From the NCBI GenBank assembly GCA_018825365.1, contig JAHJEV010000001.1, positions 1-55,600 on the forward strand: DNA of 55,600 bases, given 5' to 3'. This document shows, in pieces, positions 46,349-55,600 of this stretch. Every line of letters starts with the position of its first letter. Position 1 is the stretch's first letter. The notes beneath the pieces were generated by a model. The model ran no database searches, was not told where the DNA came from, and saw only the letters and a program-made list of their open reading frames with translations. The stretch comes from Patescibacteria group bacterium (GTDB lineage Bacteria; Patescibacteriota; WWE3; UBA101185; UBA10185). The position numbers were made by a program, and so were the translations under genes.

Positions 46349-47047
46349 TTATGCTAACGTCTCTATTTTTTGACCTGTTTGTTCTAGTTTTTGTAACTGC
46401 TGCAACCTTACAGAAGCCAGTGCATTAACAGCCTCCTTCACATAATGAGCAGCATCTTGAAATCCCGTGAGAAATTTTTCATCATCGGCATTCTCCCTTA
46501 TAGAAAAGCTTTCAAGATTTTCTGTTGTCCTTTGATTATCATATCCAAACATGTTGTAAGATTTCCCCGTAATGGCATTTCTAATTTTCCGGACCTCTTC
46601 TCTGTTATAAAAGGCGTCGCTGAGTATCTTGGAAACACGCTCTAATAACGCCGTTGCGTAGTTGGACACCTCCTCTGGGGAAGGCGAGTTTACAACTTTG
46701 TGCAGAAAAACGTACTTGCACTCTGCAATACTATCACCGGATATTTTTGACACCATTCCTCCATGGCGAGAGGAATCAAGTTCGTGCAAGTCTTTCCTCT
46801 TGTGGCCAAAATACTCATTGATCGCCTCAGGGGTACCCTCACCTGCCGTACTTTTATCGCTGTGCCTTTTCATAAAAGCTTTTTCTGCTTCGGATAAAAA
46901 CTCGTCATCTCTATCAGGAACTTGTTCCCACTTTCTTTGCAAGGAATCCAGACCGGCTCTCACTACCTCAGATATTTCCTCAATTCTTTTATCGTTTTCA
47001 GCTGCCGACTCATTAAGGGCAGGATTTTCCGAAGGATTTAAAATCAT
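46349..47047 (-). CDS. Hypothetical soluble protein
   Basis: 232-aa ORF filling the valS-proS gap; no recognisable motif. Confidence 0.65.
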   Translation of the reverse strand: MILNPSENPALNESAAENDKRIEEISEVVRAGLDSLQRKWEQVPDRDDEFLSEAEKAFMKRHSDKSTAGEGTPEAINEYFGHKRKDLHELDSSRHGGMVSKISGDSIAECKYVFLHKVVNSPSPEEVSNYATALLERVSKILSDAFYNREEVRKIRNAITGKSYNMFGYDNQRTTENLESFSIRENADDEKFLTGFQDAAHYVKEAVNALASVRLQQLQKLEQTGQKIETLA

Positions 47048-47230
47048 ATATACAGACTAATACATAAAATTACTACAGTAAATAGAAATATTTTTGATAC
47101 AATCAAATCATATGAGATACTCTCAACTGACAGGGAAAATGTGCCTCAACTAAGAAAAGGCAAGCGGACAAATTCTTGGTTTTATTGAAAAAGTAGTAAA
47201 TTCTTTCTCATCTGTTATGATGAAAACCAA

Positions 47231-48676
47231 ATGAAAGACAACAAACACGAACAAAAAAGAATAACTTCAAGATCAGAAGATTTTTCTGAGTGGTATCAGG
47301 ATATAGTAGACGTAGCAGAACTGGCTGAACACTCTCCTGTTAGAGGATCAATGACAATTAAACCTTATGGATACGCGATTTGGGAAAATATCGTAAAAGT
47401 GTTGGATACGAAGTTTCGAGAAACGGGTGTAGAAAACGCTTATTTTCCGTTATTTATACCCGAGAAGTTTTTGAAAAAAGAATCTCAGCACGTTAAAGGT
47501 TTTTCTCCACAAGTGGCCGTTGTAACTCATGCAGGAGGCAAGAAACTTGACGAGCCTCTGGTTGTGAGACCAACATCAGAAACAATAATTTACGAAGCTT
47601 ACTCAAGATGGATAGAATCGTACCGAGACTTGCCTGTATTAATTAATCAATGGGCGAATGTTGTCAGGTGGGAACTGAGACCAAGGCTGTTTTTAAGAAC
47701 CACGGAATTTCTGTGGCAGGAAGGTCACACAGCCCACAAAACCGAGCAGGAAGCCGAAGAAAAAACAAAACAGATGCTTGGTGTGTATAAAGATTTCTCT
47801 GAAAATTTTCTAGCGATCCCCGTTATCGGGGGCCTAAAAACCGAATCGGAAAAATTTGCGGGTGCCTTAAGAACTTACTCAATAGAAGGAATTATGCAGG
47901 ATGGTAAGGCACTTCAGATGGGAACCTCCCATAATCTGGGTCAGAACTTTTCTAAGCCGTTCAAAATAAAATTTCTCGACGAAGACAACAAAATTAAATA
48001 CGTGTGGCAAACAAGCTGGGGACTAAGTACAAGAGTTATCGGGGCTTTAATAATGGCACACAGTGATGATAAAGGGTTGGTTCTACCTCCTAAGATATCT
48101 CCTTTTAAAGTTGTTATTATTCCGGTCTTGAGTGGCAACTCGGATAACAATAACGTTTTATCAAAGGCAGATGAGCTTGCAGTTAAAATTTCAAAAGAAC
48201 TTGGTGTTGAAGTTAAAGTTGATAAAAGAGACGAAACACTAGGAGAGAAACACTACCATTGGGAAAAGAAGGGAGCTCCATTAAGAATTGAGGTGGGGCC
48301 AAAGGAAATTGAAACAGGAAAATTGGCAGTAATACGAAGGGACATCGGCGACAAACTAACTATTTCTGAAGACGTCATTTCCTCGGAAATATCAAAATTG
48401 CTGGATGACATCCAAAGCAGTCTGTACAAGAAAGCGGTTGAATTTAGGGATAAGAATACGAAGGAGGTTGATACTTGGAAGGAGTTTAAAAAAGAAGTAG
48501 AAAAAGGCTTTGTTTTGGCACATTGGTGCGGCGACGCAGATATTGAAAGGAAAATAAATGAGGAAACGGGGGCAACAATAAGATGTATTCCCTTTAATCA
48601 GAAGAAAGAAGAAGGGAAGTGTGTGTACTCAGGCAAAAAATCGGAAGGTCGGGTGTTATTTGCTAAATCATACTAA
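47231..48676 (+). CDS. proS: Proline--tRNA ligase, archaeal/eukaryote-like type
   Basis: RPTSET, QWANVVRWE, FLRTTEFLWQEGHT, LQMGTSH.LGQNF, C-terminal RCIPF...GKC. Confidence 0.97.
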   Translation: MKDNKHEQKRITSRSEDFSEWYQDIVDVAELAEHSPVRGSMTIKPYGYAIWENIVKVLDTKFRETGVENAYFPLFIPEKFLKKESQHVKGFSPQVAVVTHAGGKKLDEPLVVRPTSETIIYEAYSRWIESYRDLPVLINQWANVVRWELRPRLFLRTTEFLWQEGHTAHKTEQEAEEKTKQMLGVYKDFSENFLAIPVIGGLKTESEKFAGALRTYSIEGIMQDGKALQMGTSHNLGQNFSKPFKIKFLDEDNKIKYVWQTSWGLSTRVIGALIMAHSDDKGLVLPPKISPFKVVIIPVLSGNSDNNNVLSKADELAVKISKELGVEVKVDKRDETLGEKHYHWEKKGAPLRIEVGPKEIETGKLAVIRRDIGDKLTISEDVISSEISKLLDDIQSSLYKKAVEFRDKNTKEVDTWKEFKKEVEKGFVLAHWCGDADIERKINEETGATIRCIPFNQKKEEGKCVYSGKKSEGRVLFAKSY

Positions 48677-48693
48677 GAAGTAAGAGCTTTCTA

Positions 48694-49725
48694 CTAGAAC
48701 CTATCCATTATTCCCAAAGAAGGGTTGGCATCCAGCTTTTCGTATTTCACCTGTTTGTTATTGAAAAATGCCGCGCCTGCAATGTAAACAGCGTTATCGG
48801 TGCAAAGACTTATGGGCGGGACATGAGTTATTATACCAATTTTCTCTGCCTCCTCACGTATCCTTTTTCTCAGAACCCTGTTTGCTGAGACACCTCCTCC
48901 CAGCAAAATAGTTTTAACCTTGTATTTCTTTGCAGCTCTTATAGTTTTTTTAACTAAAACATCAACCACCGCATTCTCAAATTCACAAGCCACTGCTTCC
49001 GCAGCATATTTGTTTTCTTCGATTAATCTCCTAGATGATGTTTTTAAACCAGAAAAAGAAAAATCAAAGTTATCCTGGTCAAGCATTGGTCTTGGCAATT
49101 TACCTTCTAAGATATTTTCCTCGCATTCTTCGGCTTTTTTGGAAAGAAAAACCCCACCTAAATACTTTGATAGGCCCAAAAGTCTTGCGACTTTGTCAAA
49201 CGCCTCTCCCGCCGCATCATCCAAAGTTCCTCCTAGATATTCAAAATTCCCATGTCCTTTTATTAAGACCAAATCTGTGTGCCCACCACTTACAAGAAGG
49301 GCAATTGAGGGAAACTCAACAACTTTATCGTTACCTATAAAATTTGCATAAATATGTCCGACAAGATGGTTTACCGGAATAAGAGGTTTTTTCAAAGCTA
49401 GAGACAGGGCTTTCGCAGCTTCGATGCCTACAATCAAAGAGCCTACCAGCCCAGGACCGATTGTAACCGAAACTGCATCTATCAGTTTGTAACACTCATC
49501 TAACGACCCTAGTCTTTTTGCTTCTTTAAACTTTTCAAAACACGCAGCGATTACAGGTGTTATAGCTTCAACTTGTTTTCTTGCCGCTACCTCCGGAACA
49601 ACACCCCCTGTTTTCTCGTGAAATTCTTTTGAGGATGCAACAACACTGCATATTTCTTTTGTACCGTTTTCAACAACGGCAGCGGCTGTTTCGTCACAGG
49701 ATGTTTCGATACCTAAAATGATCAC
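48694..49725 (-). CDS. tsaD: tRNA N6-adenosine threonylcarbamoyltransferase
   Basis: LGIETSCDET, GGVVPEVAAR, NHLVGH, VSGGHT, DDAAGEAFDK, FSFSGLK, DNA. Confidence 0.97.
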   Translation of the reverse strand: MIILGIETSCDETAAAVVENGTKEICSVVASSKEFHEKTGGVVPEVAARKQVEAITPVIAACFEKFKEAKRLGSLDECYKLIDAVSVTIGPGLVGSLIVGIEAAKALSLALKKPLIPVNHLVGHIYANFIGNDKVVEFPSIALLVSGGHTDLVLIKGHGNFEYLGGTLDDAAGEAFDKVARLLGLSKYLGGVFLSKKAEECEENILEGKLPRPMLDQDNFDFSFSGLKTSSRRLIEENKYAAEAVACEFENAVVDVLVKKTIRAAKKYKVKTILLGGGVSANRVLRKRIREEAEKIGIITHVPPISLCTDNAVYIAGAAFFNNKQVKYEKLDANPSLGIMDRF

Positions 49726-49777
49726 AGAAGAAATATACCAATAAAAAGGGTAAGTTCAAGACAATCCCCTGCAGATC

Positions 49778-51097
49778 CTACTGCGTCGGGGCCAGTGCTT
49801 TTCCCTCTACAAGCGTGGTTTTTAGTATCGCTAATGCTTTTTCTAGACTCACACCACCGTAAAGAGTCGAGTTTATAGCCTTCTTTAACGCATCCACCTG
49901 AAAGGCGTTTCCGGATCTTCCTGCAAAGTAGCCGCTTGCTGCAAAAGGAGCGGTGTCCAAAACAGGCTTGATATACTTTGCTGAGGGACCTGACGAGGAT
50001 TGGGGAGCTAGCGCGGCACTGCTGTAAGGTGCACCATACGTTCTGAACTTCGACGCTTGGTTAAACATGGCCAGTTGCTGTTCGTCCTGAGTTAAAAAGT
50101 CGATAAACTGCCACGCGGCATCGGTATTCTGACCGGTTTTAGGAACCGCATACATCCAAAAACTACCCCACGAAACCGGAGTTTCCGGCAAGGCCTGCGG
50201 GACAGGAGCAACTCCTATGTTAAGGTCGGGGTTTGCTTTAATTATGTCCAAAAGATTCCACGTTGGCGTAAAAATCATCGAAACTTTTCCTTGAGCAAAT
50301 GCTTTGGAGGCTTCGGGAAGGGTGTTGTCCCAAACCCTGTCCTCTTTAACAAAGGTTGTATAAAAAGCTAGCGCGTCCTGTGCAGCTTTTGATCCCAAAT
50401 CATCAGGAACTTTAAGACCCGCTTGAGCAAACATAAGTCCTAAAATATCAGAAAAAAAGTCTATATTATCTGCGGTTCCAATAGCAGCCCCCGATCTAAC
50501 AAAATCCCCTTCCTTTGTAGTTTGGGTGAGGTCGAGTGCAAGTCTTCTGAACTCTTCCCAAGCTGTTGGCGGAGTAGTTTGATTGACCTCTTCGAAATGG
50601 CTTTTATTGTATGCCAGAACTAAACCATCATAGTACATCGGCGCTGCATATATTTTTCCTTCTATTACCGCGCTTTGTGTTGAAACGGGGTAGAAACGCT
50701 GTGAATAAACTTGTGGTGTAATAAGGGAAGCGGGAGCTGGTGAAAGATAGTCTTTAATCTCCGAAACCCAGCTGTTATGAACTACAACAATATCCGGAAC
50801 ACCTGCTTGGGGAAGTCTTCCTTTTACGGTGTCTTTATATAAAGAAGGGGTAACAACAGAACGGTTATCATAATTAATTGTGACGTTGGGATAAAGAGTT
50901 GTGTATTTTTGAATCAGTGCGTCCATTATCTCGGGGCTTTCCCACAAACCCCACATATTTAATGTCACGGGTGTGTTTGCAACCTTAGGTCCCCCACTAA
51001 ACAGTTTTCCGATAACGGGAATATCCCTTAACGTGCAAGCTGTTAAAAACAAGGGCAAAGAGACAAGTAAGACGGCAGTGAGTATTTTATTTTTCAT
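49778..51097 (-). CDS. Carbohydrate-type extracellular solute-binding lipoprotein
   Basis: Lipobox LTAC; WGLWE, D.LVLAYNK, AFAQGKVSMIF, A.VPQ. Confidence 0.88.
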   Translation of the reverse strand: MKNKILTAVLLVSLPLFLTACTLRDIPVIGKLFSGGPKVANTPVTLNMWGLWESPEIMDALIQKYTTLYPNVTINYDNRSVVTPSLYKDTVKGRLPQAGVPDIVVVHNSWVSEIKDYLSPAPASLITPQVYSQRFYPVSTQSAVIEGKIYAAPMYYDGLVLAYNKSHFEEVNQTTPPTAWEEFRRLALDLTQTTKEGDFVRSGAAIGTADNIDFFSDILGLMFAQAGLKVPDDLGSKAAQDALAFYTTFVKEDRVWDNTLPEASKAFAQGKVSMIFTPTWNLLDIIKANPDLNIGVAPVPQALPETPVSWGSFWMYAVPKTGQNTDAAWQFIDFLTQDEQQLAMFNQASKFRTYGAPYSSAALAPQSSSGPSAKYIKPVLDTAPFAASGYFAGRSGNAFQVDALKKAINSTLYGGVSLEKALAILKTTLVEGKALAPTQ

Positions 51098-51137
51098 CTC
51101 TAAAATTATAGATGGGTACCGGGAAAAAATCCAGACA

Positions 51138-52412
51138 CTAATCAGAGTGGGAAAACGTCAATCCCAAAATCACCCACAGCATCAACAGTGTCTGATTTGC
51201 AGTTAAAAAGTAGTGGTCCACGCTAAAAAGAATAAGCAGCTGCATTAAAGAAATAAATAAGACATTAAAAAGCCCCGGATTAGTTTGTTTCTTCACCGCC
51301 AAAAGTATAAATATAACAAACAAGGTATAAGAGAAGACTCCTGTTTCAGAAAGAGTCAGAGCAAAAACATTATGTACGGGCTGAGTAAATCTTAAGTCTG
51401 TGGATTCAGGGGCAAAAGCATCGACCATAACAGTGAAATTGTTTAGTCCCATGCCAAAAAGTGGATACGCTGCGGATATTTTATATGATGCTATCAGCAA
51501 ATCAGATCTTCTAAAAAGTGAGGGGTTTGAAAATTTCGTCAAAGACCTCAGCCCCGGAAAGACAAGCATTCCCAAACAAAATGCTATAACAACTCCTGAA
51601 ACCTCAATCTTTTTAAAGTAAGCTTTCTTCGGGTCTATGAGTAAGAAAAGGTATATAAAAATTCCAGCAATAAAGGATGCCCACGCAGACGCACTAAACG
51701 TACACGCTAAAGCCAAGGTCCCGGCTGCAAATGCAAAAAAGTATCTCCTGTTTCCTTTTAGATAGGGGAACAACCACAAAAGAAAAATACTTAAAAACCC
51801 ACCAAGGACATTCGGGTGTCTAAATGTCGCATATGAAGGAACCACAAAGTGGCCAAGAAATGTTTCTTTTGCGATCCCATAAGTAGAGAGGCTGTAGGGT
51901 TGCTCTCCAAAAAAATAATAGTTGTTAAATAAGGAGCCCTGTTTTATGAATTGAAAAACCCCAAGAAGGCTCACAAAAATAACGGATGCTGAAACCGCAT
52001 TAAGAATCTTAAAAAAACGCTTCTCGACACAAACTTCGCATAAAATAAATATAAATAAAAGGAAGTACAGCAGAAGCCTTATCCAAAAATAGAGGGATGG
52101 AACTAATCTCTGTGCGGAGAGAACCGAAAACAAACAAGAAAAAACAAAAAGGGTAGAAATCTGAACCTCTCTTTTTGAAATCAAACTTAAACTTTTAATC
52201 TTCTTCACATTCCCGCTAACAACCCAAGAAACTAAAACAAGAAAAACCAAGATGTCCTGTAAGTAAACTGTCGGGATTAAGTAGTCTACCAGTATTCCCC
52301 AAACATAAGAGTCATTAATAATAAAATGCTTTCCTAAATTAAAGGGAATTATAAACACGATAATCAAAAATAGTCCGTGGTATATTTTTATTAGTTTTTC
52401 TTTACCTTGCAT
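51138..52412 (-). CDS. O-antigen ligase (Wzy_C) family membrane protein
   Basis: YATFRHPNVLGGFL, GMGLNNF, PVHN..ALTLSETG. Confidence 0.85.
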   Translation of the reverse strand: MQGKEKLIKIYHGLFLIIVFIIPFNLGKHFIINDSYVWGILVDYLIPTVYLQDILVFLVLVSWVVSGNVKKIKSLSLISKREVQISTLFVFSCLFSVLSAQRLVPSLYFWIRLLLYFLLFIFILCEVCVEKRFFKILNAVSASVIFVSLLGVFQFIKQGSLFNNYYFFGEQPYSLSTYGIAKETFLGHFVVPSYATFRHPNVLGGFLSIFLLWLFPYLKGNRRYFFAFAAGTLALACTFSASAWASFIAGIFIYLFLLIDPKKAYFKKIEVSGVVIAFCLGMLVFPGLRSLTKFSNPSLFRRSDLLIASYKISAAYPLFGMGLNNFTVMVDAFAPESTDLRFTQPVHNVFALTLSETGVFSYTLFVIFILLAVKKQTNPGLFNVLFISLMQLLILFSVDHYFLTANQTLLMLWVILGLTFSHSD

Positions 52413-52439
52413 TTGTTAATTACTTTGAGCAGACTTTCC

Positions 52440-52740
52440 GAGATTTCCACAATGTCACTCATTATATTTTTATATATTAAATAAGACGTAGCACTAGAAG
52501 AGAGTGTTGATATGTGGATTGAGTTTTTATATATTGTTGTTTTAGCAAATTGTGTCATTTTATTTTGTTTATAACTTTATTTCCTCTTGTTCTAACAAAT
52601 AGGTCTTTCCTTACAATCTTTTTATTGGCGCTGTAAGGTTTTTTGAGTGTTGATAACACCCCAAATGCTGTGGATATCGTTGTGGATAAATAGACCTGGT
52701 TATCCACATTGTTTGTTCGTTCCTTTTTTATCCACAAATT
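52440..52740. other. Probable oriC: DnaA-box cluster and AT-rich tract downstream of dnaA
   Basis: Perfect boxes at 52681-52689 (TGTGGATAA), 52700-52708 and 52728-52736; near-boxes at 52669 and 52513; AT-rich 52460-52485. Confidence 0.8.
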
Positions 52741-52742
52741 AA

Positions 52743-54134
52743 TCATTGAAAAATTATTTGCTTTACATTAACAATGTCCTGAGTCATTTTTCCGGTTTCC
52801 GCTATTTCGCTTTGTATTTTATCCACCCCGTACATTATTGTGGTATGATCTCTCCCACCTAGAAAATCTCCTATTGTCATTAAAGGCATATCAGTTATTT
52901 CTTTCATCAAATACATAGCCACCTGTCTTGGAATTACGAGTTCTCTGTTTCTTCTTTTCCCTTTTATATCTTGAATTTTGACGGAGTAATAAGTGCAGAC
53001 TGCTTTTAGAATCTCGTTTATGTTTATATTTTTTGCAGGTTTATCTTTTATCACTTGACCTAGTGCTCTGGCCGCAAGATCAACGGTTAGTTCCAACCCG
53101 TTAGCTTTTGCATAAGTTACAACTTGAAGGTATGCCCCCTCCAACTCTCTTATATTTGAGTCCACTTTTTCTGCGATGAAACCTATAACCTCATTTGGGA
53201 CGAAATCTTTGTTTTCATCTCTTTTTGATCTTAAAATTGCTGTTCTCATCTCTACGTCCGGCATTTGTATGTCTGCTATTATTCCGCTGGAAAATCTGGA
53301 GGATATTCTATCAGCGATGTCGCTAAACTCTTTTGGAGGGCGATCTGAAGTTATGACTATTTGTTTTCCGGCCATATAAAGAGTATTGAATGTGTGGAAG
53401 AACTCCTCTTGAGTCGATTGCCTCCCGATTATGAACTGAACATCGTCTATTAAAAACACATCCGCCTTCCTAAATTTATCTCTGAATTGATTTGTGGTGT
53501 AATGGCCTTTTCCCTTTCCGCTTTGGATAGCCTCAATAAGCTCGTTACCGTAGGCCTCCCCGGTTGTGTAGATAACCCGCATGCCGGGTTTTGTCTCGAT
53601 TATTCTGTTTCCTATTGCCTGCAGAAGGTGGGTTTTTCCAAGCCCTACTTTTGAATATATAAAAACCGGATTATAAAGTTCTCCCGGTTTCTCGGCGACA
53701 GCGGTTGCAATTGCATAGGCTAGGTTATTATTTTTTCCGATAACAAAGTTTCCAAATGTGAATTTAAAACTTAAATTTGATTTTTGTCTCTTCTCTGTCA
53801 CCAGTGTTTCTTGGGATCTTTGTCGGGAAAAAAGAGGACCCATCAGATCTTCCGCTGTTTTTTCCACTTCCCCCTTACTTATTGAGATTTTTACTGTTAG
53901 GCGTTTTCCCGCAACATTTTTTATTGTGTTTTCTACAAGTTTTGAGTGTCTTTTTTCTAAGCTTTTTCTAACAAAGTCATCCTCACAAACGATCTCAATG
54001 TCTTTTTCTGTTAATTTCCCGACGCGGGTTCTTGATACGAGAGACTTATAAATCATAGGGGAGAGCTCCAGTTCTATTTGACCAAGAACGGCTCTCCAAA
54101 ACTCTTTTGGTGTCTCAAAAGATTTTATACTCAT
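52743..54134 (-). CDS. dnaA: Chromosomal replication initiator
   Basis: FGNFVIG.NN, YNPVFIY..VGLGKTHL, IDDVQF, QEEFFHTFN, RELEGA, GGRDHTT. Confidence 0.98.
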   Translation of the reverse strand: MSIKSFETPKEFWRAVLGQIELELSPMIYKSLVSRTRVGKLTEKDIEIVCEDDFVRKSLEKRHSKLVENTIKNVAGKRLTVKISISKGEVEKTAEDLMGPLFSRQRSQETLVTEKRQKSNLSFKFTFGNFVIGKNNNLAYAIATAVAEKPGELYNPVFIYSKVGLGKTHLLQAIGNRIIETKPGMRVIYTTGEAYGNELIEAIQSGKGKGHYTTNQFRDKFRKADVFLIDDVQFIIGRQSTQEEFFHTFNTLYMAGKQIVITSDRPPKEFSDIADRISSRFSSGIIADIQMPDVEMRTAILRSKRDENKDFVPNEVIGFIAEKVDSNIRELEGAYLQVVTYAKANGLELTVDLAARALGQVIKDKPAKNININEILKAVCTYYSVKIQDIKGKRRNRELVIPRQVAMYLMKEITDMPLMTIGDFLGGRDHTTIMYGVDKIQSEIAETGKMTQDIVNVKQIIFQ

Positions 54135-54181
54135 AATGTAGGAAGAAAATATCGGGGCTGTGTATTAGTATATAGCACAAG

Positions 54182-54211
54182 TTATCCACAATGATAAAGC
54201 AATGTGGATTG
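54182..54211. promoter_or_regulatory. DnaA boxes upstream of dnaA
   Basis: TTATCCACA at 54182-54190 and near-box TGTGGATTG at 54203-54211. Confidence 0.7.
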
Positions 54212-54246
54212 TTAAAAGGAGGTGTCTTGTTTGCTTTTAAAGCTTT

Positions 54247-54993
54247 TCAAATCTTTGGGTTTGTCTTTTTTGTTTCTTCCGCTCTTCTTTGCATATACGC
54301 AAAATAATCTTCATCCAGTTTTCCGGGGAGGTCTGTAAAATCCGGAAAAAACTCCAAAACGTTACCGGGGAACTCATGTTTTGAGATTACTTCGTCCCAA
54401 ATAACAACAATATCTATCTTTGCCGCTGCTGCCGCTTTTACTCCCGCTAGGGAGTCTTCAAAAACCACTGCTTCTTTTGATTTTAGTTTTAAAGCCTTGA
54501 GGGTTTTTTTGTACATTTCCGGGTTTGGTTTTGTTCTTTTAACCTCGTCCCCAAATATCATGAAATCAAAAACCTTATCAGCACCTATTTTTTCAAGTAT
54601 TTGCATCGCCGTGGCTTTGGGGGTGTTGGTTGTTAGAGCGGTTTTTAATCTCCTCTCCTCTTTAATTTCGTAGATAAAATCCCAAAAACCTTTTGTAACA
54701 GACTCAACTTGCGGGTCGCTTATTATTTTAAAAATCTCTTCGTTTGTTAGATCCGTTAATTCTTTTACAGACTTCTCATCTTTAAGAGCATTGATTTTTA
54801 ATATTGTTTCCCACCTATACTCGATTGGTAGGCCAGGGAAATCATAATCTTTTGCATCAATGTATGATGCCTTGACAATCTCGTCTAGAATCTTTTGAAC
54901 TGCTTGAGTTGCATAGCGGGGAGAGTCCTTGAGAATTGTTCCATCAAGATCGAAAAAAACTGCCTTTTTTCCTTCAATGATCTTTTTATACAT
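54247..54993 (-). CDS. HAD-superfamily phosphatase (beta-PGM/CbbY-like)
   Basis: FDLDGT, LTTN, KPNP, VFEDS..GV.AA; ATG 54993 preferred over the track start 55005. Confidence 0.88.
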   Translation of the reverse strand: MYKKIIEGKKAVFFDLDGTILKDSPRYATQAVQKILDEIVKASYIDAKDYDFPGLPIEYRWETILKINALKDEKSVKELTDLTNEEIFKIISDPQVESVTKGFWDFIYEIKEERRLKTALTTNTPKATAMQILEKIGADKVFDFMIFGDEVKRTKPNPEMYKKTLKALKLKSKEAVVFEDSLAGVKAAAAAKIDIVVIWDEVISKHEFPGNVLEFFPDFTDLPGKLDEDYFAYMQRRAEETKKTNPKI

Positions 54994-54995
54994 AT

Positions 54996-55187
54996 TTAAT
55001 GCCAATCAATCGGAATTCTTTTTTTCCTTATAGAAAGAATAACTATATAAATAACCATTATTGGTCCCCCGATGACATTTATTGGGAATAACCACCATTT
55101 CCTTTCGCTTCCGATCAAATGTACATATACGGCGTAAACAAATCCGGCTAAAAGATACAAGGCAACAATAATCTTTAAAGCAATCAT
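54996..55187 (-). CDS. Small hypothetical membrane protein
   Basis: Two TMs; abuts the HAD gene start. Confidence 0.5.
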   Translation of the reverse strand: MIALKIIVALYLLAGFVYAVYVHLIGSERKWWLFPINVIGGPIMVIYIVILSIRKKRIPIDWH

Positions 55188-55252
55188 AGTTGAATTCTAT
55201 ATTTAAAGCCCAAACATTTCCAGAGCGGTGTGTTTTTTGGTACCATTTTTGT

Positions 55253-55474
55253 ATGGAAGAACAAACAACAACTTCTATAAAATTCAAATGTCCAAATTGC
55301 GGAGAGGTTGCTCAGGAGGAAGTTATTTTCCTTTGCAATAAATGTGAGCAGACAGATATGATTGTGAGGGGCGGTGTTTACATGTGTCCCTCGTGTCTTA
55401 GCCCTGGAGAAAATTTTGAGTGCATGAAGTGCGAATCAAAGGAAGTAAAGATGAAGATGAAAGATAAAGGCTAA
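55253..55474 (+). CDS. Small zinc-ribbon protein with four CxxC motifs
   Basis: CPNC, CNKC, CPSC and CMKC in 73 aa; ATG at 55253. Confidence 0.75.
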   Translation: MEEQTTTSIKFKCPNCGEVAQEEVIFLCNKCEQTDMIVRGGVYMCPSCLSPGENFECMKCESKEVKMKMKDKG

Positions 55475-55477
55475 TTG

Positions 55478-55600
55478 TCAGCTTCTTTCGTCGTAGTACC
55501 TTCTCAGAATAAAAGCTGCCGCTAAGTGGTCGTTTGATCTCCTCCTTTTTTCAGACACGTCTGTGTCTATCGCCTCGTTTAGTGCCGCTCTTGTTGTTTC
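55478..55600 (-). CDS. ruvX: 3' end of Holliday junction resolvase-like YqgF/RuvX (partial)
   Basis: ETTRAALNEAIDTDVSEKRRRSNDHLAAAFILRRYYDERS* matches the YqgF C-terminal TT...D..AA..IL..Y motif. Confidence 0.75.
   Translation of the reverse strand, partial: ETTRAALNEAIDTDVSEKRRRSNDHLAAAFILRRYYDERS

Noticed and set aside
52555-52746. 63-aa ORF downstream of dnaA
   Set aside because: It overlaps the DnaA-box cluster; better explained as non-coding origin DNA.
1-55600. Genetic code 25 (UGA=Gly) as in some CPR lineages
   Set aside because: Conserved genes are full length under code 11, and TGA ends genes at expected positions (e.g. dnaA, arsM, ruvX).
1-55600. CRISPR array, DGR or retron
   Set aside because: No regularly spaced repeats, no reverse transcriptase motif and no TR/VR pair noticed; the dispersed repeat is irregular and far apart.

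Overview
Chromosomal segment of a reduced-genome bacterium, most likely Patescibacteria/CPR of the WWE3/Microgenomates type. This is inferred from the leaderless core genes, T4SS-type pilin array, membrane-anchored Clp ATPase and orphan solute-binding lipoprotein. Standard genetic code 11 fits the ORFs. Core content: dnaA with DnaA-box clusters (probable oriC), rpoD, dnaG, smpB plus tmRNA, six tRNAs, valS, proS, tsaD, rplY and the 3' end of ruvX. The left end is accessory: the 3' end of a probable serine recombinase, then a 2.6 kb Cys-pair-rich arsenic/metal cassette (HMA-ArsM fusion) bracketed by a perfect 131-bp inverted repeat, a DUF4143 ATPase and an AbiEii toxin-antitoxin pair. A BrnT-type TA pair sits at the tmRNA 3' end. 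A 12 kb locus holds two giant surface proteins, a VirB6-like protein, four VirB2-like pilins and a SpoIID hydrolase. The most unusual observations are the IR-flanked cassette, an intact tRNA-Ser with the rare ACT anticodon next to the normal GCT copy, a tmRNA acceptor stem lacking G3.U70, and a dispersed intergenic repeat family. No CRISPR array, rRNA or reverse transcriptase was seen. All homology calls come from motif recognition by eye; no searches were run.
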